A stretch of 64,000 nucleotides of DNA from Amoebidium appalachense (GCA_963693365.1 CAVNZM010000012.1:6956889-7020888), one strand, 5' to 3'; shown: positions 33,897 to 45,839, counted from the first letter of the stretch. Translations and numbers: made by a program. The notes: generated by a model from the sequence alone, not told the origin.

Positions 33897-35782
33897 TTAG
33901 GCTGGCAGACCCAGAGTGAAGGGAATGTAGTAGGCCCACCGGGTGCCACTGTATGCGTAGTTGCAGTACGGGGCAATGGGCAGGCCGTTGGTGCCGTAGA
34001 CACACTGGCCACAGCCAAACGTGGTCTGAGCATTCACCAGCGTGTAGTGAACCACCACCACCAGCGAGTTGCATCCAAGGCTCCCAACCTGAAGCGTAAA
34101 CTCATCGTGGAGGCCGTTAACAGGATCGTGGGCGGCACCCACACACGTAGTGCCCGGAAGGCAATCACGGGCAAACTGGCCGGGCACAGGGTATCCTAGA
34201 GTCTGCACCCCCGGGATGGCGTTTTTGTTGCAGGCGACGGCCACGTGGCTGTTGTAAATGTTGATACCTAGGGCTGTTGTGTCTATGGAGATCTTGAGGG
34301 TCCCGGCGGGCATGAGCCAGTCTGTGACGGTGACAACGCCTGAAGGATAAGACTGACCATAGAGGGAGCAGAAGTCCGTCTGCTTGCACTGCACGCCGTT
34401 GCCGGAATAGCCGGTGTTGCAGGCACATGTGAAGGAGCCATCGGTGTTGGAGCACGTTGCGTGGATGTCGCAGTTGTCCGTATCGGTGGCACACTCATCA
34501 ACATCGGTGCATGTTACGCCATCGCCCGTATAGCCGGTGTTGCAGGCACAGGTGAAGGAGCCGTCGGTGTTGGAACATGTTGCGTGGACGTTACAGTTGT
34601 CCGTATCAGTGACACACTCATCAATATCAGTGCATGTTACACCGTCACCCGTGTAGCCGGTGTTGCAGGCACAGGTGAAGGAGCCGTCGGTGTTGGAGCA
34701 AGTTGCGTGGACGTCGCAGTTGTCCGTATCGCTGGCACACTCATCAACATCAGTGCATGTGACCCCGTCGCCTGTGTAACCGGTGTTGCAGGCACAGGTG
34801 AAGGAGCCGTCGGTGTTGGAACACGTTGCATGGACGTCGCAGTTGTCCGCATCAGTGGCACACTCATCAATATCAGTGCATGTTACACCGTCGCCCGTGT
34901 AGCCGGTGTTGCAGGCACAGGTGAAGGAGCCGTCGGTGTTGGAGCAAGTTGCGTGGACGTCGCGTTGTCCGTGTCGGTGGCACACTCATCAATATCAGTG
35001 CAAGTAACACCGTCGCCCGTGTAGCCGGTGTTGCAGGCACAGGTGAAGGAGCCGTCGGTGTTGGAGCACGTTGCGTGGACGTCACAGTTGTCCGTATCGG
35101 TGGCACACTCATCAATATCAGTGCACGTAACACCGTCGCCCGTGTAGCCGGTGTTGCAGGCACAGGTGAACGAGCCGACGGTGTTGGAACACGTTGCGTG
35201 GACGTCGCAGTTGTGGGTGCCGATGGCACACTCATCAACATCAGACCCATCAGTGATCTCGGCGCAGTACGTCCATCTTTCAACGTTGGGGTAGTTGCAG
35301 CTGCATGTTTTTGTAATCGGGTCCCAGCTAGTGCAGGCCCACGATGTCTGCCCATTGTTGTCGGCCACATGCACCAGAAGCACGTAGCTGCCAGAGGGGC
35401 ACACCACGTCAGTCTGCAGGCTGAGGGTGTAGCTGTCGGTCTGCACTCCGCCAAGGTTGGTGTGTGCTGCGCCGTAGGAGAGGAGACTGCCATCGGTTGC
35501 AAGGTCCTTGAACAGGCCGGGCGAGTTGGTGCCGATGTCCTGAATGGTGCAGCCCACGGCTATCTGGGTCTCCTTCATGATGGGTGCGTAGAAGTTGATT
35601 CCCAGGGCCATGGTGCTGCCCGTGATGCTGACGGTGAGGGTGCCAGCGTTGTTGAACTGGCCGTACAGCAGTTGGTAGGTCTGGAAAGCATCACGACGCA
35701 TGTGGCGGAAAAAACGGAGAGGGGAGGCGACCGCACCCAGCACAAGGGCGGCCAGAAGAAGTAAGTTGAGGGCCTTCGCCAT
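33897..35782 (-). CDS. Intronless secreted protein with 7 calcium-binding EGF repeats between two mutually homologous globular domains; 1-nt frameshift at ~34963
   Basis: Signal peptide MAKALNLLLLAALVLGAVAS. Seven 123-bp units of consensus D(I/V)DECATDTDNCDVHATCSNTDGSFTCACNTGYTGDGVTCT. Unit 3 lacks one base relative to its siblings (CGCGTTG vs CGCAGTTG on plus), which joins ORFs 34883-35812 and 33897-34985. Confidence 0.9.
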
Positions 35783-37539
35783 GTTGTCGCTTTGTTGGAA
35801 GTAGTACTTCAATCGAACAATGCTGTTTCGTTTGGGATGTGGTTTGAATCAGGCCACCCTGTTTTATGTACCTTCGGGGGGGCCCGACCGTTCAGGGGGG
35901 GCTTATCGGCGAGGCTCCGATATGATAATGGTAGCCGATCACATGCCTAGATCTATGAGGCTTCACTGCCGGAATCGGCCGAAGGGTTTAGGGAGAACTT
36001 TCCCGGCCGGGCACTGCCGCACCGCCAGTCTGCAAGTAGAGCGTATTTGGCCCTTTCTATGACCTCTTTCACATATAAATCATGCGCGTGTTACGGAGAT
36101 TTGTCGTACCTTGAGTACAATCCAATGTATGTACAATAAAACGGCTGCGCCATCAGACGGCGGCCGAATCCCCCTTGCTTATACTTCGTTGGCTTTGTAT
36201 GTAATCAGGGTTTACACACTTTTTATTGCGTGGACATTGCCGGAGGCCCAGCCACATTCGACGGCCTACTGCGTTTTCCAGCACAGCCAATCAAATGCAG
36301 CCAGTGACATATGTACATGCTAGGCAACAATGAGCGCCATCGTAGGATCTGACACCCCTATTACATATTATGGGTAAGCAGATGCTAGCATCGGTAGCTC
36401 CGACAGAAAGTTAAGGCACCGGATCACAATATGTAATCAGTGCATGGTATAGGGGGACATATCAATAATCTAGATGCATTTGTTCTGATTGGAACTCATT
36501 CAACGAATCAAAACGCCGTTCGTGAGATAGTCGCAATAGTGGAATTCGGCATTCCATTCCAGATCCTCAGGAATTCCTGTCAGGTTCCCAGGTTTCGACG
36601 CCTTATTTTTGAAGCCGGAACGAACACGAAAATCAGCCGCACTTTGACGGGCAAAAAAAATAACAATATAATGCCGAGCATAGCTCACATATAGCGCTTA
36701 GTCGTTGTGCGTTCGTGCATGCAGCTGCAGTACTAACCAAGTGTTGCGATGGTCGATTTGCAATTGAGTGTCAAGCTTACTCTTGCTGCGTGCACGGAAT
36801 CGAAGTTGCAGGTGTACGTACTATTTATTGCCTCATCGAATGTTCTTGGCGCGCGCCTTCTATCAAGACATACAGGAAATACTCGTGGTACTAATGAGCA
36901 AGCTAATGTTCAATCTGTGAAGCTAACGTATGGTGTGAATTGAAATCACTGTTACTGTTGCAACATGAAAACAGCAGCAACTTGGTATGACGACGTCATG
37001 ATCATGATCATGATGTATGAAGCGTGTCTGATTAATACAATTGTATGGCCAAGCGGCAGTTATCAGCAAGTGATGCCATCAACAATTGATGCCAACGAAT
37101 CCATGTATATGTCCATATGCAATGTGCACTGTCATGTGGACTGTGACCCCAGTAATCGGATAAATACATAACTGAGTTAAGGGCCTGTTTGGTAGCGCGC
37201 TAAATACGGTTTTTTATCGTATTCGTATTTAGGGCCTAAATACGTATACGATCCCGTGGCATGCCAAACACGCCGCGGGCTTTTATTTTTTGTAAATACG
37301 ATAGGGATCGCTTTAATATAAGGGATACGGGATCGCGCGGCTAGAATACTTTCTGGCGCCGCTCAGATCGATATCTATCTGGATTGAGTGGGCTTGATCT
37401 GCCTATTGGGCACCTAAGATCGTGTGGCCGAGCTATACCATGTACACACGGCATGCCACACACGTGTCCGGACAAAACTGCGCTGCACATTTTTCATGAA
37501 GGTGGGTTGTTTTCTACCTATATATGTTAGGCACTCACA

Positions 37540-38379
37540 ATGCCAACTTGCGCGGCTAACTACTGCAAAAATGACGAAGAAACAGTCTCTCCCAAAGATC
37601 CTACCAGGAAGATAAAGCTTTTTACTGTTCCATATGGATGCAAACCAAATGTATTGGCTAGGAGGCATGCTTGGTTAAATGCTATAGGCAGGCAGGAGCA
37701 AACAAAGTATGAGCGGAAACAAATAGCAGAGCACACAAAGCAAGCACCCTCCGACCCAGACACACACACAGACACAAGGCCAAAGGCCTCGGATGGGACA
37801 GACGTAAATACAGACACAACCACTACTGAGACACACACAGCTGACACACAATCCGAAAATGCCAATGACTCGGCTGTGCCAGCTGAGCAGTCGGCACAAG
37901 AACCACAACCAAAGAGGAAACGGGGGCAACCGAAGGTGGAAGTCCCCTGGCCACTGGCTATCCTTAAGCAACTGGTTGTATGCGAGGCACATTTCACCGA
38001 TGATGATATTACTGCTAAGAATGGAAAACTGAAATTAACAAAGGATGCATGTCCCATCCGAATGGAACTAGACCCGATGTACAGAGAGAAGGTACAGCTA
38101 TTGAGGGAGGAAAGGGCCAATAGTCATATGCAAGCTGTAGGAATGGATGCCTCAGATATTGAGCAAACACGGAAACGAGCGAGGGAGCGGGGGGAGACGA
38201 GCAGTGAGAGGGCTTTTGGGCGCATGAAAAATTATCGGCTGTTTAGCAATCAGGTGCAGATGTCGATGGTAGGCACCCATTGGATGGTAGCTAAGGCTGT
38301 GGCTTTCTTGTGTAACATGCAAGAGCCACTATATTGTAAGGATATGGTGGGGCCCGGGCACACCAAAAGCATGGTGTAG
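37540..38379 (+). CDS. THAP-domain transposase with in-frame internal deletion (THAP plus C-terminal DDE_Tnp_4-like segment)
   Basis: THAP signature MPTCAANYC..LFTVP..RRHAWLNAIGR..VVCEAHF..LKLTKDACP. The C-terminus DIEQTRKRARER..SERAFGRMKNYRLFS..AVAFLCNMQEPL resembles the Harbinger/ISL2EU catalytic-Glu helix and tail. No segment carrying the two catalytic Asp residues is visible. Confidence 0.8.
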   Translation: MPTCAANYCKNDEETVSPKDPTRKIKLFTVPYGCKPNVLARRHAWLNAIGRQEQTKYERKQIAEHTKQAPSDPDTHTDTRPKASDGTDVNTDTTTTETHTADTQSENANDSAVPAEQSAQEPQPKRKRGQPKVEVPWPLAILKQLVVCEAHFTDDDITAKNGKLKLTKDACPIRMELDPMYREKVQLLREERANSHMQAVGMDASDIEQTRKRARERGETSSERAFGRMKNYRLFSNQVQMSMVGTHWMVAKAVAFLCNMQEPLYCKDMVGPGHTKSMV

Positions 38380-38456
38380 AATTTTCGTTTTCGATTGCCT
38401 CTCCCTAAAGCCCCCTTCTCTGCTTTTTTTTTTTTTTTTTTTTTTTGTCTTTTTTT

Positions 38457-38492
<36 letters not shown>

Positions 38493-38770
38493 AAAATATG
38501 AATGAATGCTTGCATGTATGTATTCGGCCAGATGGGCTCCACTTTTCCTGTATAGGAAAATAATAATAATAATTGAAATTATTATGTATTTGTGTGCCAA
38601 GTACAACCTTGAGTCGTTCTCCCCCCCCCCCCCCCCCCCCCCCCCTTCACACACACACACAACCACGCACACACGGAAGCACGCACGCACGCACGCACAC
38701 ACGCACGCACGCACGCACGCACGCATTTGCACACACACACGCATGCCCCCCCCCCCCCCACACACACACA

Positions 38771-38807
<37 letters not shown>

Positions 38808-38979
38808 GTAGGCACGTATGCAAACACCAAGGGGGGAGGAGGGACCGGGGGGAGGGGGGGGGGGGGGGGGGGGGGGTAGGAAACATATGCAGGCACCAGG
38901 GTCTGGTACATTGCTCTCAGATTTGACACACGGTCTTCATTCATTCATTACAGGTTCACTAGATCGGTCAGAAGATTAC

Positions 38980-39026
<47 letters not shown>

Positions 39027-39196
39027 ACACACACACACATTATGAAAGATAACGTAAACAAAAAAAAAAAAAAAAAAAAAAAAAAAGGAAGGAAAACAGA
39101 ATCATTCAGTTGCATTTTCAGTGTTCGTGTTCTTCTTCTTCTTCTTCCACTTTTTGTGGTTTTCTGCCCTGTATGATGGGATGGATACATTTGCAC

Positions 39197-40481
39197 CATA
39201 AACTTTTCATTCCAGGTAAAACTATACTTGTGTCCAGTAGGGTCTATTTGCTGTACAAATGCACGGAGCCCTACAAGGTCAGGCTTGTATGATTGGGCCA
39301 ATTCTTCTACACTTGGTCCTACTATCCGCCTCTTTTTCGTACCATCTGCATATTGCATCTCTATAACCTCTTCACCCTCATCATTGCATCTCTATAACCT
39401 CATCACCTCAGCCCCGTTTTCATACGTTCCATGTTCGTATTCAAGATCCCACCACTCAACCTCTTCCTCCACTGCTTCACCTCCTTTCCGTCCGATTTCG
39501 ACTCTTCCTGCCCGTTCGTCCCCACCCTGCTTGTTTTCTGTGCTTTTAACGGGCTTTTCCTTCCCTCTTTTCCCCTTTCTGACCCGTTGGATATGCTGGA
39601 GCAGATCTGTGAACACAACCCCCGCAGCTACCGGCCTTCCCTCGCGTCCCCAGGCCCGGCACGCCTCACTTACAGCTGCGTGCAAAGTGCCCATGCCGAT
39701 TCCCCTGAGCTTTTTCACATAATCACAGCCATTCACAATAGCAAAATAACGCAGTATTTCTATATCCCATCCGTCGAAGTTGTACTTTGTGCTTCTGGTA
39801 AAAACATCGGCGGGGGTTACAATCACTCCGTACAGTTTGGGAATGCGCACCGCATTAGCGGTCCCAGGGATGACCGCCGCATCCGCAATGCGCAGTTTGT
39901 ATACAACCCGCGGGATGTTATACAGAAGAAGGTCGGCATCCTCAGTGACAACAGTGTGTGCCAAACCGGTACGTGCCATATAGGCAAGCTGGGGGTCTGC
40001 TTCGTATGGAGCTACTGTGTAATCGACATTCTCATCTTTCAGTCTAAGGATGATTGCATGTAAAACTCTGTTATCTAACTCTGCAGCGCTTCTCCATTTG
40101 GTTTTAGTTACCTCCTCCTGTTTCTCTCTTTTTGTGGCTATTTCTTGGCGGGCTTTGACCACCTTTTCTGCACGGTCGTTATCAACTAGTTTTCCCTCTT
40201 TCAATCTGCGCCCATCAAACACATAGTGTGGCTGGACCCCTGCTAGCCTATACGTATTAACTTTGGACATAAAAGTGATTTGCAATAGCTGCATATGTGT
40301 CGTCTGTGACTTTTTTGTCATCTATTTGCTGTTTGGCTACTGTGTCAGCGAAAACTGAAAAGGACTTGTGGACCTGCACCATCCCGTCAAAAGCAACTAC
40401 CCCACGTTGCAACTCTGCAGTAACATCTGTGGCTTTTTCGGCACTAATGCCGAGTGCTGGGAGCAAGCCCTGCACACCCAT
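39197..40481 (-). pseudogene. EXO1-like XPG/FEN1-family 5' nuclease carried by the transposon; frameshift at ~40271-40274 and in-frame TAG at 39392
   Basis: Motifs MGVQGLLP, VVAFDG, HYVFDG, VAPYEADPQLAY, VVTEDADLL and H3TH NGCDYVKKLRGIG. An extra T in a T4 run splits the N-terminus. A 30/31-bp tandem duplication (39352-39412) inserts a stop, after which the same frame continues AFVQQIDPTGHK. 3' end uncertain. Confidence 0.88.
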
Positions 40482-40681
40482 GGTAAAAGTGCATGTATTC
40501 AAAGTAGTTTCTTTTCATGAAAAAAATTCTTTCGGGTTGTGCGCCCTCTGCGTTAACGTGCGAACACAAAACTCGTTGTACGGTGTGGGTGCGTAGCAAC
40601 GCGTTACGTAATCAGGGGAAAAAAAGGCGGCGCCAGAAAGAAATCGGGGACCACTCAAAATCGCCGATCCCGTATCCCTTA

Positions 40682-40733
40682 ATATCGTATTTACGAAAAT
40701 CACCTCCGGAGGTGATTTTCGTAAATACGATAT
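40682..40733. repeat. Perfect 52-bp palindrome inside the transposon
   Basis: ATATCGTATTTACGAAAATCACCTCC|GGAGGTGATTTTCGTAAATACGATAT. Confidence 0.95.
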
Positions 40734-41409
40734 AGGAAATTAGCCAATCAGAGCATTTCGCATCATTAATTGGCTATCAGCTAGCCAATGGTACAGCGAA
40801 AGCCGCGGAGGGCACATTTTTACTACAGTACGCATGCCAGCGCATGCACGTGAACAATTCACTGTTAAAAAGAAGGTCGGTGTCATACACGTCATTTTGT
40901 GTACATGCTCAGTTAAAATTGGCACATGAATTTGGGCTGCACAGGTAAGACAGAGGACGAGGAACCATACACGGTGCATGATCACAAGCTCAGACTGTAT
41001 ATATATATATATATATGCCATAATAATCATTGAAACAATACTGGACTCCGATATATGCATTAATAAAAACAATCAAATGTACATGTACAAACAACTCGGT
41101 GACATGCAGGCACCACGAGTACTGCATAGACAAGGACAAATCTTTACACTCACTATGTGTTCAGATATGTGGGGAATGCCAGGGACGAACGTTGGTGATG
41201 TAAAACGAGGTCTCTAGCAAGGCTAGCCACCGCAATTACTGGCAGTATCCCTTCAATAACAGACATTCTAACCTATTGTTAAACAGAGCAAGGCTCACTG
41301 TCGGTGACTCGTTTTTGCCGTTCGCTGTAATACTGACTACAGCTGCACCAGCCTATCTATATATGCATGGAATACTAAATACCGAAGGATGATCAATGGG
41401 TGCGAATAG

Positions 41410-41458
41410 GGCCAATCCACGGCCATCTAGAAACACCCTAGATGGCCGTGGGCCAATC
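41410..41458. mobile_element. 33-bp TIR-only remnant with 8-bp TSD; probable P-element-type excision footprint
   Basis: GGCCAATC [CACGGCCATCTAG AAACACC CTAGATGGCCGTG] GGCCAATC. Confidence 0.75.
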
Positions 41459-42088
41459 AGATCTCGTGAACATGTATCGACATTTTATGTGACCAGTCAC
41501 GCCTGACAGCGTTTGGAAGGCATCAACCGTATTTAGGCCCTAAATACGCATACCACGATAAATTTTGTAAATACGGTAGATCGTATTTAGGGCCTAAATA
41601 CGAATACGATTATTGGGGTGCTGCCAAACAGGCCCTAACCATGCTGGGAACCACTCACCAGAATCTCTTTGACATCACAATCAAGACGTTGCTGTCCATT
41701 AACCACTGATTTGGTGGTTGCCTGATTGTTTGTTCTGGAACAGCCCACCCGTTACTTCTGAGACACGTGAAAGTGTGAAACGAAACACACAGTCCGCATA
41801 CGCGTGTACGGGACGGTAGAAGAGTGCAACTTATAATGCCAACTTGTATCGATATCGATATCATCAATCTTTCAAACTCTAGCTCAGGTCTAGAACGTTT
41901 TTCTTATTTCCGTACACTCAGTGGCTTCCCAAATTGATTTCGCGGCCGTTCATGTAGCAGCAGGTTGATAACGCGCTCTGGTGATGGCTTTATCTTAAGA
42001 TTTCCGACTAGACACTGCCAACACAAAGAACGATACATACGTTACTAACTGAGGAATCGCCCCCCCCCCCCCCCCCCCCTCCCCCCCC

Positions 42089-42119
<31 letters not shown>

Positions 42120-42224
42120 ACATGCACCCACACCCACACACACTGCACACCCACACACACACACACACCCACACGCACACGCGCGCGCGCGCGCACGCTC
42201 ACACGTACGCACACCCACCCACCC

Positions 42225-42254
<30 letters not shown>

Positions 42255-42255
<1 letters not shown>

Positions 42256-42329
42256 GGGGTGGGTTGGTGCAATGGTAAGATCTCTGCGTGTCAAGCTCAA
42301 AGTCGCAGGATCGATCCTGGTTACTTCCG
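42255..42329 (+). pseudogene. Degenerate tRNA-like sequence (tRNA pseudogene or SINE head)
   Basis: A-box-like TGGTGCAATGG and B-box/T-arm CAGGATCGATCCTG at tRNA spacing. Acceptor and anticodon stems pair poorly. Confidence 0.45.
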
Positions 42330-42887
42330 ATTTTTCTGCCTCGACGGTCCACCGGTGTGGCCGCCCCCTAGAAGCCATCACCCCAGACCATGTCAAGCAG
42401 CACCACCAATTTGTTATCATCCGGCCGCAAGACATGACGTCATGAACAGCACCGGCCCTCTGACGTCGACGGCGCGCCGCTGGGGCATCCCAGCCCAACG
42501 TTCAAGTGGGAGACCAATCCGAGTCACCGGCCACGGTTCGGGTCAGCGTCCTGGGCATGGGGTCTTCCCCTTTCAAGTCTTTATGTTTGTGTATGTGTCC
42601 CGGGTCGCTCCCGGCTGGTGTTGTTCAGTAAAGTGAGCTGTGCTCACTTCCCCACTAGCGTTGCTGCGGCTAGAACCATGGGATAAGGTGTAACTAAAAA
42701 TAGTGCCAGTTGGGGTCAATTAGAATCCTGACTTATGAGTGTGCTATACAGTACGATCTGTGTCTAGGCGGAAGACGGTAAGCTCCCCTGAGGCAGTGCC
42801 TCGCCGGGAGTGAAAGGGGATAAAATAAAAAATAATAAAACACACACACACACTCTCACGTCACACACACACACACACACGCACGCA

Positions 42888-42919
<32 letters not shown>

Positions 42920-43172
42920 CACACACACAGTGTCACCACACCACACCTGTAATCACCCATTTTGTTCCCCCTCCTTCTCCCCACTCCCCTCCCCCGTCCC
43001 CCGCTTATAATCATTAGTATAGTGTATGTATACGATAAATTCGGGCAACTATGTAACAAATTTAAACGAACACCCCTATTTTGATGTCTCATGAACGCCA
43101 AAAAAAAAGAGGATTAAGGGGTACAGTACAAGTCAAATGTAGGCCGTTTTGTCTTCCTCTGTGGGCTGAGCA

Positions 43173-43290
<118 letters not shown>

Positions 43291-43293
43291 CTT

Positions 43294-43324
<31 letters not shown>

Positions 43325-44065
43325 GGTGGGGGGGGGGGGGGGAGGCGAGGACTGGAAGGAATAGGGAAAGGGGGGGAGGGGGGGGGGGGAGGGGGAAGGG
43401 AGAGGGGCTCCGGGGGGGGAAGGGGGCGCACGTGCCGGGCATGTGCCATTCCCTCTCTTACCATCTCATGTTTCCTATGAGGGAGGGCCAAAGGGTCCCC
43501 CATTTTTCCGCCTTCCTGTTCGGGGACAAACCGGGATAAAACAAATATAACCGTTCCCCACTCCGTGTGCGATGCTTTTGCTCCTGCAATTGTTATACTT
43601 CAGTGTCGGCGTTTTGAATCGGATGCGCCTGAATGGGCTTACCTTGAGGTAGCCTGGCAGTGCTCCAAAGTTTGATGTGAGGCATCTTGATTAGCTTTCT
43701 TTTTTCTTTCGCGTATTAAGAAATGTTTTTTTAACATTACAGCCGTGTTTTGGGTTGCCATCAGTATTACAGACTTCCGTTTCGTAGCTGTGTTGACTAG
43801 ATTTCAGTAGTCTGGGGGATGGGGGACGGTGGGGAAGGGGGGAGGAGGGGGGGGGGGGGGGGGGGGGAAGGGGGAGGGGGGGAGGGGGGGGGGGGGGTTT
43901 GCATGTGCATTTAAGTTAAGAAGGAGGGGTTGACATATCTGTTTTTCGCTAAAAAGAGATGAGCGGCATATACGTCGATGTATTTATAGTAATACGTGCA
44001 TACACTGTCATGTTGTGTGTGTGTGTGTGTGTGTGGGTGTGTGGGTGTGTGTGGTGTGTGTGTGT

Positions 44066-44099
<34 letters not shown>

Positions 44100-45325
44100 G
44101 GGGGTGATGTGTATTTTCGTTTCAAGTGCACGGCACCACGAGTGAAAATTGTTGTATTGGGTCATTTGATTGGTGTGGCTCGAGATTGTTGTGTGTGTGC
44201 ACGTGTGTGTGAAGGGGGGGGAGAGAGGAGGGGGGTCTGAGTGTGTGTTATTGTGTTTGTGTGTGTGTATGTGTGTGTGTGCGCGCACGCGCGTGTGCAT
44301 GTGTACATGTGTGTATGTGTCGTGTGTGTTTGTGTGCGTGGTGCATGCGTGGGGTGTGTGTGGTGTGTGTGTGTGTGGGTATGTGTGTGTGTGTGTATGT
44401 GTGTGTGTCTGTGTGTGTGTGTATGTATGAGTGGTGTATGAGTGTGTGGGTGTGTGTATTCGGGTGTGTGTGTTTGTTGCCATTTTTTTTTTTTTTTTTT
44501 TTTGGGGGGGGGGGGGGAGAAGGGAGTTGGGGTCGGGTGTAACAATTTATTTTTACATGCCACAATTTTAAATGCGTGACAGAACTGAATTCTACTGCAT
44601 AACATCATGATGCATCCTAATCTGAATTATCATTTATCTCGGACTGCTGTATCCAGCCATCACAGCTATTGCAACACTGTCTCACTACTAGTTTACCAAC
44701 CAGGGCGCTCCTAATGATCTTAACACATACAAGGAGTAAATCAGCGTCCTACCATTTCATGCTCAATCAAAGAAATTACCGTGATACATACAGTCGAAGG
44801 GGACCCCGGGTCCCGGGGCACACTATACACATACTTATGATACAGAAATGCAAATACATGCTGTTGCGTCTCAGAAAAAATACCGTTTACCAGTTTAAAC
44901 TTTTTTCTTTCTTCACAAGTTCACATTCAAGATGGACATCACGGAATCTAGCGCAATTTACAGTATATGTCAGAGCTAGGCTATGCTTTTTACCATAAAT
45001 TCTACACGTCATTCATACCTGCACACAGAATTCATTCGTGCAAACAGTCGCCCAGAAAAGATCATCAGGCGGTGACCTGTCTGTTAACAAGATTTCAGAC
45101 TCACTGGAATAGTGCAGGAAAAAGACGTATATGCATATGCACGGGGTTGCGCGTGTGTTGTGCATGTGCTGTGTGTCGACACCTCGGCCTAGACTAGGCG
45201 TATCTGCGTGTGTATGTATGTGCGTTTAAGCGTGTTGCGCCCACGCGTGTGTGTGCATGTGCGCGCACGTGCCTTAGTGCAAGGTGAGTGTGCGTGCATG
45301 TGCGGGCGTGTGCGTACTAGTGCTA

Positions 45326-45413
<88 letters not shown>

Positions 45414-45432
45414 GTATGTGTGTGTGTTTGCG

Positions 45433-45470
<38 letters not shown>

Positions 45471-45500
45471 TGTGTATGTGTTTGTGTATGTGTGTGTGTT

Positions 45501-45534
<34 letters not shown>

Positions 45535-45599
45535 TGTGTGAATGTGTGTATGTGTTTGTGTATGTGTTTCTGTGTGTTTTTGTGTGTATGTGTGTGTGC

Positions 45600-45785
45600 A
45601 TCTTTGTGTTTTTGCATGTGACCCTGTGTATGTAATGGGGTGGGTGGATGGGTCCAGCCCACTGCTAATGTTGAGATTACCACGACCTTTGCCTCTACGT
45701 TGGTGTCACAATTAGTTCCTGATGGTGTAGTAGGGCTTGAAGTTTGGTGCAATTGCGTTTATGAGGTCAGCCTGAGGTAAAAAGT

Positions 45786-45839
<54 letters not shown>

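Larger units (their letters stand above)
37181..41635. mobile_element. PIF/Harbinger-superfamily (ISL2EU-like layout) DNA transposon, 4455 bp, non-autonomous copy
   Basis: TIRs GGGCCTGTTTGGTAGC (37181-37196) and GCTGCCAAACAGGCCC (41620-41635) match at 15/16. TAA lies on both flanks. A 29-bp subterminal inverted repeat at 37216-37244 and 41582-41610 matches at 28/29. Two convergent ORFs inside. Confidence 0.92.

Noticed and set aside
34955-34970. Programmed frameshifting in the EGF gene (and at 40271 in the nuclease)
   Set aside because: Both are single-base indels with no slippery heptamer or stimulatory structure; sequencing error or decay is simpler.
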